Below, piece by piece: positions 8,238 through 16,205 of a stretch of DNA of 32,000 bases (position 1 is the stretch's first letter; every line of letters starts with the position of its first letter). Source of the DNA: Candidatus Thorarchaeota archaeon (GTDB lineage Archaea > Asgardarchaeota > Thorarchaeia > Thorarchaeales > Thorarchaeaceae); the NCBI GenBank assembly GCA_008080745.1, contig SHMX01000009.1, positions 30,001 through 62,000 on the forward strand, read 5' to 3'. The notes under the pieces are model-generated. The model was not told the origin of the DNA. It searched no databases and saw only the letters and a program-made list of their open reading frames with translations. The position numbers and the translations under genes are program-made.

Positions 8238-10073
8238 TTGAAAAATATAACAAAAAAGCGAGCACTTAGTGTAATCTTCATCTTCGCTTTTATGTTGATG
8301 GCAGTTTCTCCCGGTCTCATTGCTGCACAGGGTACACTTCCTGGTCATGCAAAGAGCGGGCCATATATAGACAAACTGGTATTCAACGTAATTACAGGTG
8401 ACGATGCTCAAGTTCTTGCTTTACTGGATGATGACATCGACTTAATAGGTGAACAAGTCGATCCCAGCTTCCTTCCACAGTTGGAAGAAGCTGACGATGT
8501 CGAGATTGTCAATGTACTCAGGAATGGATATGGATACGTCACGATCAACTGTGATAAATACCCATTCAATATTACTGCATTCCGAAGAGCCCTTGCCTTT
8601 GCATTAGATAAGCAAGCAATCTCTGACGAGGCTTGGGATGGCCTCTCACAACCACAGGACTCCTGTGTGCCAGTGGTCAATCCATTCTCTATTGAAGGCA
8701 AATTACCTTACACATACTACGAAGCTAATATTGCAAAGGGTCACGCATTACTTGCTCAGGCAGGTTTTGAAAACGTTGATGATGACGACTGGCTAGAGGC
8801 TCCCGATGGTTCGAACTTTGATGTTCTTATTGAATGTGCTCAGTCCTCAAACATTGCTATTGAGGTCGGTCAGGAAGTTGCAGAAGCTCTCGTAGCATTG
8901 AACATCGATGCAACATCCGTCGCAACGGACTTCTATGAATACCTGAACAGGTTATACTTCCATGAGGACTACGATATCGTATTCCTGGGTTCAAGCTTCA
9001 ATAACTTCGACGTTGACTGGCTCGCTTATGAGTACTGGTCCGAATATGCTGATGAGCCATACTGGAACTTCCCCAACTTCAGGAATGCATCATACGACAG
9101 CTGGAGAGATCAACTTCTCTATGGTGTCCAATACGAGGATGTATACGAAGCTGCTATTGAGATGCAGAAAATCTGGGTCTATGAATGTCCCATGATCATC
9201 TGCTATGAGAATATTCTTCTGTCAGCCTATCGAACCGATGTGTTTGAGGGTTATGTGAACGATGTAAGTGATGGTGTACCTGGCTGGTGGACTAATTACA
9301 AGATTCACAGAAAGGACTCGGCTGGAGGCCCATTCGGTGGTACGTTCCGCTGGAGCAACCCACTTGACATTGACACCTTCAACTTCATGGCAAGCACATC
9401 TGCTTACACTGCGAACGTCAACAATCAGCTCTGGGACAGTCTTATCACTCAGAATCCGAACGGTGAGGATGTCAATTGGCTCTGTGAGTCATACATTGGA
9501 GAAACTCACGATGATAATCCCGCAGTGCCGGACGGTAATACTCGCTTTACCTTTAGTATGATTCAGAACGCAACCTGGACCGACGGTGAACCAATCACTG
9601 CCTACGATGCTGCCTTCTCATTGAACTATTATCGCAATGCTCCAGGCAACCCCTATGGTGTTGACCTGACTGACCTTGCTGCAGCTTATGCGCAGGATCC
9701 CTATACACTCATTGTTGAGTTCGACTCTGAGTCATTCTGGCATCTGCACACTGTTTCATACAAGCCTATCATACCCAAGCATATCTTTACCAATCCTGAA
9801 TTCCCAGCTTGGAACGAGTGGAACCCTGACCCAACCGATCCAGACGAACCATTCTTTGTGACCTCTGGTCCATTCACAATCAGCGAATATGTTGCTGGTG
9901 AGTTCACTGAACTGACCTATAACCCTGATTACTTCTTTGGAATCGAGCATCCAGAAGCAACACCAACTACATCTCCATTCGCTGGTGATCTGGTACTGGC
10001 TGTTGTTGCTGGTGCAGTCGGTGCAGCAGTGGTTATTCTCGTCGGTGGATATATTCTGTTAAGGCAGAATTAG
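8238..10073 (+). CDS. Family-5 (Opp/Dpp-like) ABC solute-binding protein, circularly permuted, with signal peptide and C-terminal membrane anchor
   Basis: TTG 8238 preceded by GGTGA (ORF track starts at 8181). Family motifs FRRALAFALDK, ATWTDGEPITAYDAAFS, SGPF...NPDYF; C-terminal TM LVLAVVAGAVGAAVVILVGGYILL. Confidence 0.9.
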   Translation: MKNITKKRALSVIFIFAFMLMAVSPGLIAAQGTLPGHAKSGPYIDKLVFNVITGDDAQVLALLDDDIDLIGEQVDPSFLPQLEEADDVEIVNVLRNGYGYVTINCDKYPFNITAFRRALAFALDKQAISDEAWDGLSQPQDSCVPVVNPFSIEGKLPYTYYEANIAKGHALLAQAGFENVDDDDWLEAPDGSNFDVLIECAQSSNIAIEVGQEVAEALVALNIDATSVATDFYEYLNRLYFHEDYDIVFLGSSFNNFDVDWLAYEYWSEYADEPYWNFPNFRNASYDSWRDQLLYGVQYEDVYEAAIEMQKIWVYECPMIICYENILLSAYRTDVFEGYVNDVSDGVPGWWTNYKIHRKDSAGGPFGGTFRWSNPLDIDTFNFMASTSAYTANVNNQLWDSLITQNPNGEDVNWLCESYIGETHDDNPAVPDGNTRFTFSMIQNATWTDGEPITAYDAAFSLNYYRNAPGNPYGVDLTDLAAAYAQDPYTLIVEFDSESFWHLHTVSYKPIIPKHIFTNPEFPAWNEWNPDPTDPDEPFFVTSGPFTISEYVAGEFTELTYNPDYFFGIEHPEATPTTSPFAGDLVLAVVAGAVGAAVVILVGGYILLRQN

Positions 10074-10085
10074 AACCAATAGAAA

Positions 10086-10115
10086 AAAGGGACTTCTGTC
10101 CCTTTCTTATTTTTA
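10086..10115. terminator. Bidirectional intrinsic-terminator-like hairpin
   Basis: AAAGGGAC-ttct-GTCCCTTT perfect 8-bp stem with an A-run before and T-rich tract after, between convergent genes. Confidence 0.7.
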
Positions 10116-10123
10116 TTATCTTT

Positions 10124-10975
10124 CTAGGTGTTTTCAGCCCAAAATAATACTAGACCTGGGAAAACCTCAGAAACTCCATATCTTTTGAAATGTGCTTGGA
10201 TTAGTTTTGAGAGTTTCGAGCCCTCAATAACCCCCAGTTCTGGAAAGAGTTGAACTGAGGTTACACGGATGAATTCGCTCAAAGTTGGCTCTGTTGGCTC
10301 GTTAAAGAACACAAAGGGTGCAATAATTCGTAATATACCTTCAGAGGCTAAAACCCGTTTACACTCGAATATTATCCGTGGCAGCTGCTTCTGGTCCGGT
10401 ATTCCAGTAAGCCAAATCTCTTTGTATCTTCCTGTAGATATTGGCATATCTTGAGGTTCACCTTTGACGGATCGATGTTTGATATCATATTTTCTTAGTA
10501 TTGAAGTATCACCCATGGTTTCAATGATGCCTCCATTATTTCGCTCTACGAGATATTGTACAATATGCATATCCTGTTCTTTTAGTCTGGGTATTGCGAT
10601 GATCAGTGTTCTACCAATGGGGGAATCAAATGTCCTTTTACTAAGGTGTTCTTGGATGTTTTTAGTCAGTGTGCCTCTGTATGCATCATAAAAATGTAAG
10701 ACCACTTCGATTGCATCCTTCAGTATTCCCCGTAATCTGGCTTCACCTCGTGGCCCAATGGAATACACACGACGCTTCGGACCTGTGAGCCCCGGCTCCA
10801 TACTACTCTCAACTAGTCCCTCTGATTCCATCTCGTGAAGCCATCTGTATAATGTGGTTAGACGTATATTCTTGTCATATTCGCTAAGAGAATGAAGGAG
10901 GTCATATCCATGACATGGCATTTGGTCTAGAATCAGTAATATCTTATCTTTAAGAATCGCTCTAGAGGAACCCAT
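10124..10975 (-). CDS. PadR-family regulator with a C-terminal degenerate methyltransferase-like domain
   Basis: HGYDLL...LYRWLHEMESEGLVES...PKRRVYSIGPRGE (PadR); C-terminal IIFECKRVLASEGILRII resembles the class I MTase e..RvLkpgG motif. Confidence 0.8.
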   Translation of the reverse strand: MGSSRAILKDKILLILDQMPCHGYDLLHSLSEYDKNIRLTTLYRWLHEMESEGLVESSMEPGLTGPKRRVYSIGPRGEARLRGILKDAIEVVLHFYDAYRGTLTKNIQEHLSKRTFDSPIGRTLIIAIPRLKEQDMHIVQYLVERNNGGIIETMGDTSILRKYDIKHRSVKGEPQDMPISTGRYKEIWLTGIPDQKQLPRIIFECKRVLASEGILRIIAPFVFFNEPTEPTLSEFIRVTSVQLFPELGVIEGSKLSKLIQAHFKRYGVSEVFPGLVLFWAENT

Positions 10976-11343
10976 GAATATCGTCCAATATTATTACTCG
11001 CGTCCTGAATATAATATGCATCTTTAACGCTGTAAAACACTGTCTGAAAGATTGTACCTTTTGTGATGATGTATTTTGCTCCACGCTGTTATATTATGTT
11101 TTGACGATTTTCAAAGATTCAACCTGTTTTTCGTGTTGCTAGACGGGTGTGACTAATGTGTCAGTATATACACTTTGAAGCTCTCTTAAGCATTATTTCA
11201 CATTGTAGTTTATTTTGAACGCTCTTTATCGCCATATATCGTTTTAGAATTTCCATTTTGCCGAAAACCCCTCTTATACCATTGCGTTAATCGTTTGTAC
11301 TTTATATTTTTGATACCATATATTACTCAGGTGAGAAAGAAAA

Positions 11344-11544
11344 ATGGAATGTTATGTCTGTGGAATGACCATGACAAAACCGGATGATTTTGCTAATGGC
11401 GATACTCACAGTAATTATTGTGTATACTGTGCCTCTGAACAAAAAATCAAGTCAGGTGGTACTGTTAGGGAAAGCATTATTCAATTTTGGCTCTCTCGAT
11501 ATGAGTCTGTTTCAAATCATGAATCTGAACCGATCTCTACTTGA
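11344..11544 (+). CDS. Small zinc-ribbon protein (CxxCGM...YCxYC type)
   Basis: CYVCGMTM...NYCVYC; strong RBS AGGTGAG upstream. Confidence 0.65.
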   Translation: MECYVCGMTMTKPDDFANGDTHSNYCVYCASEQKIKSGGTVRESIIQFWLSRYESVSNHESEPIST

Positions 11545-11954
11545 TTATTTCATCCATCAGTGTTCTTGGAAACTTATCCGTTATCTCTTAAGAGTGAATA
11601 TCCGTAACAAAATGATTAGTGAATGGTCCTCGTTAGATACATCTTCTATAAACCAGCTATTCTTTCGGAAGCCCGTCTTCCCATATACTCATTGACCTAT
11701 TATTATGCACCGCCCGTAACCCAGAGTGTAGAGATTGACTCTATGCTGTCTCAAAACATGAAATGCAATACGCTGCATAACATTGTCTGTATCAGTTCCA
11801 TCCCGTCCGAATCTTCCATCACCAGAGTCCGAAGACATACTTTCTCTCTACAATACACGAAATATCCTCCCATTGTACTATCCTGACTGGAATTCGCTAA
11901 CCTTTTATCTTTGATTAAACTCTGAAACCATACTAAACTTTGGAGTTTGGAGAT

Positions 11955-12353
11955 ATGCAATTTGAATGGATAATCGCCGCGCTTGGTATTATTGGAACAA
12001 TAGCAATCATTGCTTTTGTAGTAGCCTTCCTTATCTATGGTTTCTGCCTTGGTCTAGCATTAGGACCAGTTAATGGACGAAATAGAGGTCTGGGATCAAC
12101 TTTTGTCACTGCGTTCTTTATCTCTCTAACCTATCTGATTCTACTGATACCTTTCTTTGGAGCATTATTGTTTTGTATAGCAATTATACTCCAATGGTAC
12201 ATCATCAAGAGTCGTCATGATGTCGGTTGGGGTGGTGCAATTGTTGCTTGGATAATTACCATCATCATTGTTGCTATTGTAGTAATTCTACTGGTACTTG
12301 TGATATTCGGTGGTCTTGGTGTTATCTTCAATCTGATACCAGTTGGTCCATGA
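11955..12353 (+). CDS. Small integral membrane protein (~4 TM)
   Basis: Four hydrophobic segments; ATG 11955 in frame with the ORF-track start, with GGAG upstream. Confidence 0.75.
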   Translation: MQFEWIIAALGIIGTIAIIAFVVAFLIYGFCLGLALGPVNGRNRGLGSTFVTAFFISLTYLILLIPFFGALLFCIAIILQWYIIKSRHDVGWGGAIVAWIITIIIVAIVVILLVLVIFGGLGVIFNLIPVGP

Positions 12354-12377
12354 ATCAATATAATTCTGTGACACACC

Positions 12378-13070
12378 ATGTCCTGGTCTAAAGATTCTCA
12401 AACCATTGAGTGTGATGAAGTAATATACAACGATTCTCGAGGTCGGTTGGAGTTCGACATCATGTCGATTCTTCGCCGCCCTCGCAATTTTCTTTCCCTC
12501 ATGGGGCCACTTCTACTCTCTCATCATCCTTTCTGTTCCGAATTTGAAGAACACAGTCTGTGTATTAGAAATCGTTCTTGGTGCATGGGATGCTTCCTGA
12601 ATACAATCTTCTTCATTATCTGTTTTGGGGCTCTATTCATTTTCTGGATATTACAACCTGTTCTCTTTGACAGATTTTGGATGTTTTATGGTGGAATTGC
12701 AGGTATGATTTTATACATACTAATCGGGATATCCAGAATTGATGAAAAACGACGAGTTCGTATCGGTAAAAAATTCCTCTTGGGGTTCTCGTTTGCCTGT
12801 GTTAGTATATCAATTTTGATCGCAGGTGGATCTATTGAGTACCTTCTTACTGAAAAAATGACCTTGATTTACATTTTATATCTCGGCTTCATAGTTTTTC
12901 TAAGTATAAAACGTGCTTTAGAGATATCAAATACTTGTGAAGCATGCGAGTTTAAAATGAGATGGAGTAGATGTCCGGGTTTTCATGACATTATATGTTC
13001 GTTAATCACTCATGGGTATATTCAGCCAAGACCAGCTAATGTATCCGTAGTTTCAAAAGAGGGAATGTAA
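12378..13070 (+). CDS. 4-TM membrane protein with Cys/His-rich soluble ends
   Basis: HHPFC...HSLC...WCMGC before TM1; CEAC...RCPG..C after TM4. Confidence 0.75.
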   Translation: MSWSKDSQTIECDEVIYNDSRGRLEFDIMSILRRPRNFLSLMGPLLLSHHPFCSEFEEHSLCIRNRSWCMGCFLNTIFFIICFGALFIFWILQPVLFDRFWMFYGGIAGMILYILIGISRIDEKRRVRIGKKFLLGFSFACVSISILIAGGSIEYLLTEKMTLIYILYLGFIVFLSIKRALEISNTCEACEFKMRWSRCPGFHDIICSLITHGYIQPRPANVSVVSKEGM

Positions 13071-13163
13071 ACCAAGACGTTTTTTGGTACATCTATCCTT
13101 TACTCCTTTCGACAAACTCATTTACCTTTCTGTATTTTATTTGAATATCTTGGTGATCGCAGG

Positions 13164-13766
13164 TTGAGTAAAATTGTCTTTGAGACCCCGGTTATCCGAA
13201 TTAGGGCAGAGAAGATTCGTTTTCCGAGGGTATGTCCTGTTTGCACTGCACCCGCAAGAAGCACAACTCGAGTTACAGCCACTCCAGGAAGAAAAGAATA
13301 CATCTCACCATCATATCGATTAGGATTTACTCCCTCTGCAAAAAAGAGGCTAGGTATACAACCTCCCGAAAGTCGTACTTTTCTCGTTCCGGTCTGTTCA
13401 GACCATCAATATGAAGGTGGGAATGATTGGCGATTCCGTAGCCTTTGTATGTGTTTCAATGGTATACTGTTTTCAATAGTCTTCTTCTCAACGTTAATTT
13501 TTGGAAGTGACCTATCTATTGGACGTGGAATAAATTTGTGGTATTTCGGATTACTTGGTCTTTTTATCATCTCTCTTATTGGAAGTGTACTTGCTTTTCG
13601 TCCCCAACCTATTCAGGATGCAGTCCGGATTATGGGTTTTGATAGAGGCGCTCGATATGTATGGTTCCAATTCAAAAACCCCGAGTATCGTGAGAGATTC
13701 ATTCAAGAAAATGCGATGGATGTCGAATTAGTAAAATGGATTGTAAAGGCACCTCCAAAGAGTTGA
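13164..13766 (+). CDS. Membrane protein with an N-terminal Zn-finger-like motif and 2 TM
   Basis: FPRVCPVC...VPVCSDH followed by two hydrophobic helices; TTG start. Confidence 0.72.
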   Translation: MSKIVFETPVIRIRAEKIRFPRVCPVCTAPARSTTRVTATPGRKEYISPSYRLGFTPSAKKRLGIQPPESRTFLVPVCSDHQYEGGNDWRFRSLCMCFNGILFSIVFFSTLIFGSDLSIGRGINLWYFGLLGLFIISLIGSVLAFRPQPIQDAVRIMGFDRGARYVWFQFKNPEYRERFIQENAMDVELVKWIVKAPPKS

Positions 13767-13880
13767 ACAATCCGCGCGATACCCGCATTTTTTCATAAAA
13801 GATAATACTACAAACGAGGATATATTCTCCTGCCACCACTATCAAATGAGAGAATTGTATGATTTATGGAGTGACTCTGA

Positions 13881-14126
13881 ATGTTGAATAGTGGTCTAGA
13901 AGAAATCGAAGTTGTTGGCTTAGTATCTAAGATTAGGAACCAGTATGTTATAACAACTGATGAGGGGATTCAATACGAACTTGCTGCAATTAAACCACAA
14001 GAGGCAGTAGCTCGTGATTATGATTTGGGTAGCTTTGCCCATTCTCTTGGAAAAAGAATGCTCGTCATTGGTATGACTGACGGTGAAACTATCTGGGGTG
14101 CTAAATTAGAAGAACAGGCCAGCTAA
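13881..14126 (+). CDS. Small hypothetical protein (OB-fold-like beta pattern)
   Basis: GGAGTGA RBS upstream; alternating beta-strand pattern EVVGLV...YVITTDEG..YEL...GKRMLVIG. Confidence 0.6.
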   Translation: MLNSGLEEIEVVGLVSKIRNQYVITTDEGIQYELAAIKPQEAVARDYDLGSFAHSLGKRMLVIGMTDGETIWGAKLEEQAS

Positions 14127-14127
14127 A

Positions 14128-14180
14128 AAAATAGTGGAGTCTGATCTAGTACGCCCAGATCAGATTCGACAATCTATTTT
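14128..14180. terminator. Long hairpin between convergent genes (terminator or 3' stability element)
   Basis: GAGTCTGATCT (14137-14147) pairs with AGATCAGATTC (14157-14167); outer AAAATAG pairs with CTATTTT. Confidence 0.6.
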
Positions 14181-14553
14181 ATAGTTCAAGCTTAGCTTCG
14201 TTCTTCCATAGGCCGTGAATATTACAGTATGATGTTGCCATAATGGTACCTGGTTTTTCAGTCTTGAATACAAATACTGCATATGGCTCAGAATACATCT
14301 TGCTGGTGTCTGCACCTTGTGTTGACTCACCATGATGGTCAAAGGTGTGGTAGCCTATCTCAACAGGAAACTTCTCTCCCTCGGGTAGGAAGAATGCATC
14401 AGCCCATTTAATATGATGTGCGGTTGTATTGGGGTGTGGTATTTCTTTTCCTACTGAAATAGTAATGTGAAACAAATTATCTCCTTTCTTCTCGATTTCA
14501 ATAACGGGTACGTGTTTTTCATTTTTCCAATCATCTGTTTGAATCCAGCTCAT
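14179..14553 (-). CDS. sor: 1Fe superoxide reductase (neelaredoxin / class II SOR)
   Basis: EKHVP, HPNTTAHHIKW and CNIHGLW iron-ligand motifs; no N-terminal desulforedoxin domain. Confidence 0.93.
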   Translation of the reverse strand: MSWIQTDDWKNEKHVPVIEIEKKGDNLFHITISVGKEIPHPNTTAHHIKWADAFFLPEGEKFPVEIGYHTFDHHGESTQGADTSKMYSEPYAVFVFKTEKPGTIMATSYCNIHGLWKNEAKLEL

Positions 14554-14576
14554 CTCTCTTTCCTCTTTATTTCGAC

Positions 14577-14627
14577 GATGGGCAAGTAATTAACTGCCCA
14601 TCAAGAAATACTCAGCGTATGTTAAAA
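14577..14627 (-). promoter_or_regulatory. Putative sor promoter (TTTTAA box) followed by an inverted repeat at the predicted start site
   Basis: Minus-strand TTTTAA at 14627-14622; GATGGGCA-N10-TGCCCATC at 14577-14602, about 20-45 nt downstream of the box. Confidence 0.5.
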
Positions 14628-14645
14628 TTCTTCGCTTGTCTGACT

Positions 14646-16142
14646 TTATTTTGATATTTCTTCTAAGTGTGAGAGAGTCCATCTTCCTCTATCAGTCAAA
14701 TCATAGTACTTTCGAACTCTCTTTTCATGAGATCTCATTTCTTTTGTTTCTACTATTAGTCCCCCTCTGGCTAACTCACTAAGATGCTGATATACACTAG
14801 GAATTCTAACTTGTATTCCATATTTCTCATCCAACTGCTTCCATATTTCGTATCCGTAATTCTCATTCTTGGTGAGAATTCGTAATATGCAAACCTTTGT
14901 TCTTCCCAATTTTGTTGTGTATTTTCGCCCCTCTAATCTACTCAGAAGATGTACCAAATCTTTCCGTCCCTTCACAAAAGATTCTGCAATCTCTGGAGAC
15001 TTAAGACCACTGCCTGTTATTATGCAGATTACCGTATCAGTAGGGTCAATAATACCCTGGTCTACAAGTTTTTTGAGGGCAGCTATAGTGGTTGCAGATG
15101 CAGGCTCAGCAAAAACGCCTTCAAGTTTAGCCAACCGCCTTACACTATCTAATATCTCACTGTCCATAACAGTGATTCCCCTCCCTTTGGATTCTCTAAG
15201 TGCACGTAATGCTTTACTGCCACATACCGGATTGGCAACACCAATATCCATTGCCAATTTTGGTTTGCCTGTCGAGGGCTTGACCTCCGTATCTCCCCTT
15301 CGATATGCGTCTACTATTGGTGAAATCCCTTTGACCTGCGTTCCGATGAGTCGAGGAAGATTCCCCTCAATAAGACCCAATTCTTGGAACTCTATGAGGC
15401 CTTTCCATATCATTGAAAGATTTCCTCCACTTCCCATAGGTGTGAGTATCCAGTCTGGTAGTTTCCATTCCATTTGTTCACAGATATCAAATATCATGGT
15501 CTTTGTTCCTTCTAGGAAGGGAGGATTGTTGGAAGTTATGGGATGATATGTTGGTTCTCGTTGCATGGCGAGTGAGATAGCTTCTTCTCTAGTCCTTACA
15601 ATCTCAACATCTGCACCATAAGCAAGTATTTGGTAGAATTTACCTATGTCAACTCGTCCTCTTTGTGCCATGAATACCTTTGCATCAATTGCTGCTTTCG
15701 CTGCGTATGCTACTACAGAAGCTGCAAGATTTCCCGTTGAACCACAACAAATCTTGGTTCTATTGTTCTCTAAGGACACGGATACCTCAACACTACTTCC
15801 TCTATCCAAAAATGAACCTGTGGGATTTGTGGTTTCATTTTTCAAAAGAAGATTTCGAACACCTATTTCAGATGAGAGCAAATTGGCTGGATGCAGATAG
15901 GTATTGCCTTCTCCTAATGAGATGATATGTTTCTGATCCATTATGGGTAACAGCTCAGCATATTTCCAGACCCCACTAACTCTTTTCTTCAATGCCTTTT
16001 TGTCAAGTTTCCCCTTTAGAATCTCAAGATCATATTCTATTTCGAGAATCTCTCCACATTTATTGCAGGTTCTTAGAGATGATGTGCTTGGGTGTGTTCT
16101 TCCACACTTTGAACATGCAAGACCTCTTACAAAAGATGCCAT
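14646..16142 (-). CDS. Threonine-synthase-fold protein lacking the PLP lysine, fused to a C-terminal PadR-like winged helix (probable regulator, not ThrC enzyme)
   Basis: ThrC motifs CSKCG, SLGEGNT, NPTGSFLDRG (K replaced by L), GSTGN, PMGSGGN, EPASA, TGSGLK. C-terminal YGYEIWKQL...SVYQHLSELARGGLI...RKYYDLTDRGR. ATG 16142 has an AGGTGAG RBS. Confidence 0.88.
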   Translation of the reverse strand: MASFVRGLACSKCGRTHPSTSSLRTCNKCGEILEIEYDLEILKGKLDKKALKKRVSGVWKYAELLPIMDQKHIISLGEGNTYLHPANLLSSEIGVRNLLLKNETTNPTGSFLDRGSSVEVSVSLENNRTKICCGSTGNLAASVVAYAAKAAIDAKVFMAQRGRVDIGKFYQILAYGADVEIVRTREEAISLAMQREPTYHPITSNNPPFLEGTKTMIFDICEQMEWKLPDWILTPMGSGGNLSMIWKGLIEFQELGLIEGNLPRLIGTQVKGISPIVDAYRRGDTEVKPSTGKPKLAMDIGVANPVCGSKALRALRESKGRGITVMDSEILDSVRRLAKLEGVFAEPASATTIAALKKLVDQGIIDPTDTVICIITGSGLKSPEIAESFVKGRKDLVHLLSRLEGRKYTTKLGRTKVCILRILTKNENYGYEIWKQLDEKYGIQVRIPSVYQHLSELARGGLIVETKEMRSHEKRVRKYYDLTDRGRWTLSHLEEISK

Positions 16143-16150
16143 CGTTCTCA

Positions 16151-16180
16151 CCTATATATAGGCCTAGGGTTATATATTCC
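16151..16180. promoter_or_regulatory. Overlapping divergent promoter/operator region with palindromes
   Basis: Perfect palindrome CCTATATATAGG (16151-16162); inverted repeat ATATATA-N10-TATATAT (16154-16177) containing TATA-like boxes. Confidence 0.5.
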
Positions 16181-16205
16181 TAATCAATCGCAAGCTCGTC
16201 CAGTA

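Noticed and set aside
11584-11960. Minus-strand frames with TGA read-through (e.g. ...RCIIIGQ*VYGK..., ...LHFMF*DSI...) as selenoproteins
   Set aside because: No Cys/Sec redox context, no recognisable fold and no good RBS.
14646-16151. Annotation as a functional threonine synthase (thrC)
   Set aside because: The Schiff-base Lys is replaced by Leu and a DNA-binding domain is fused. A single base-call error cannot convert a Lys codon to TTG.
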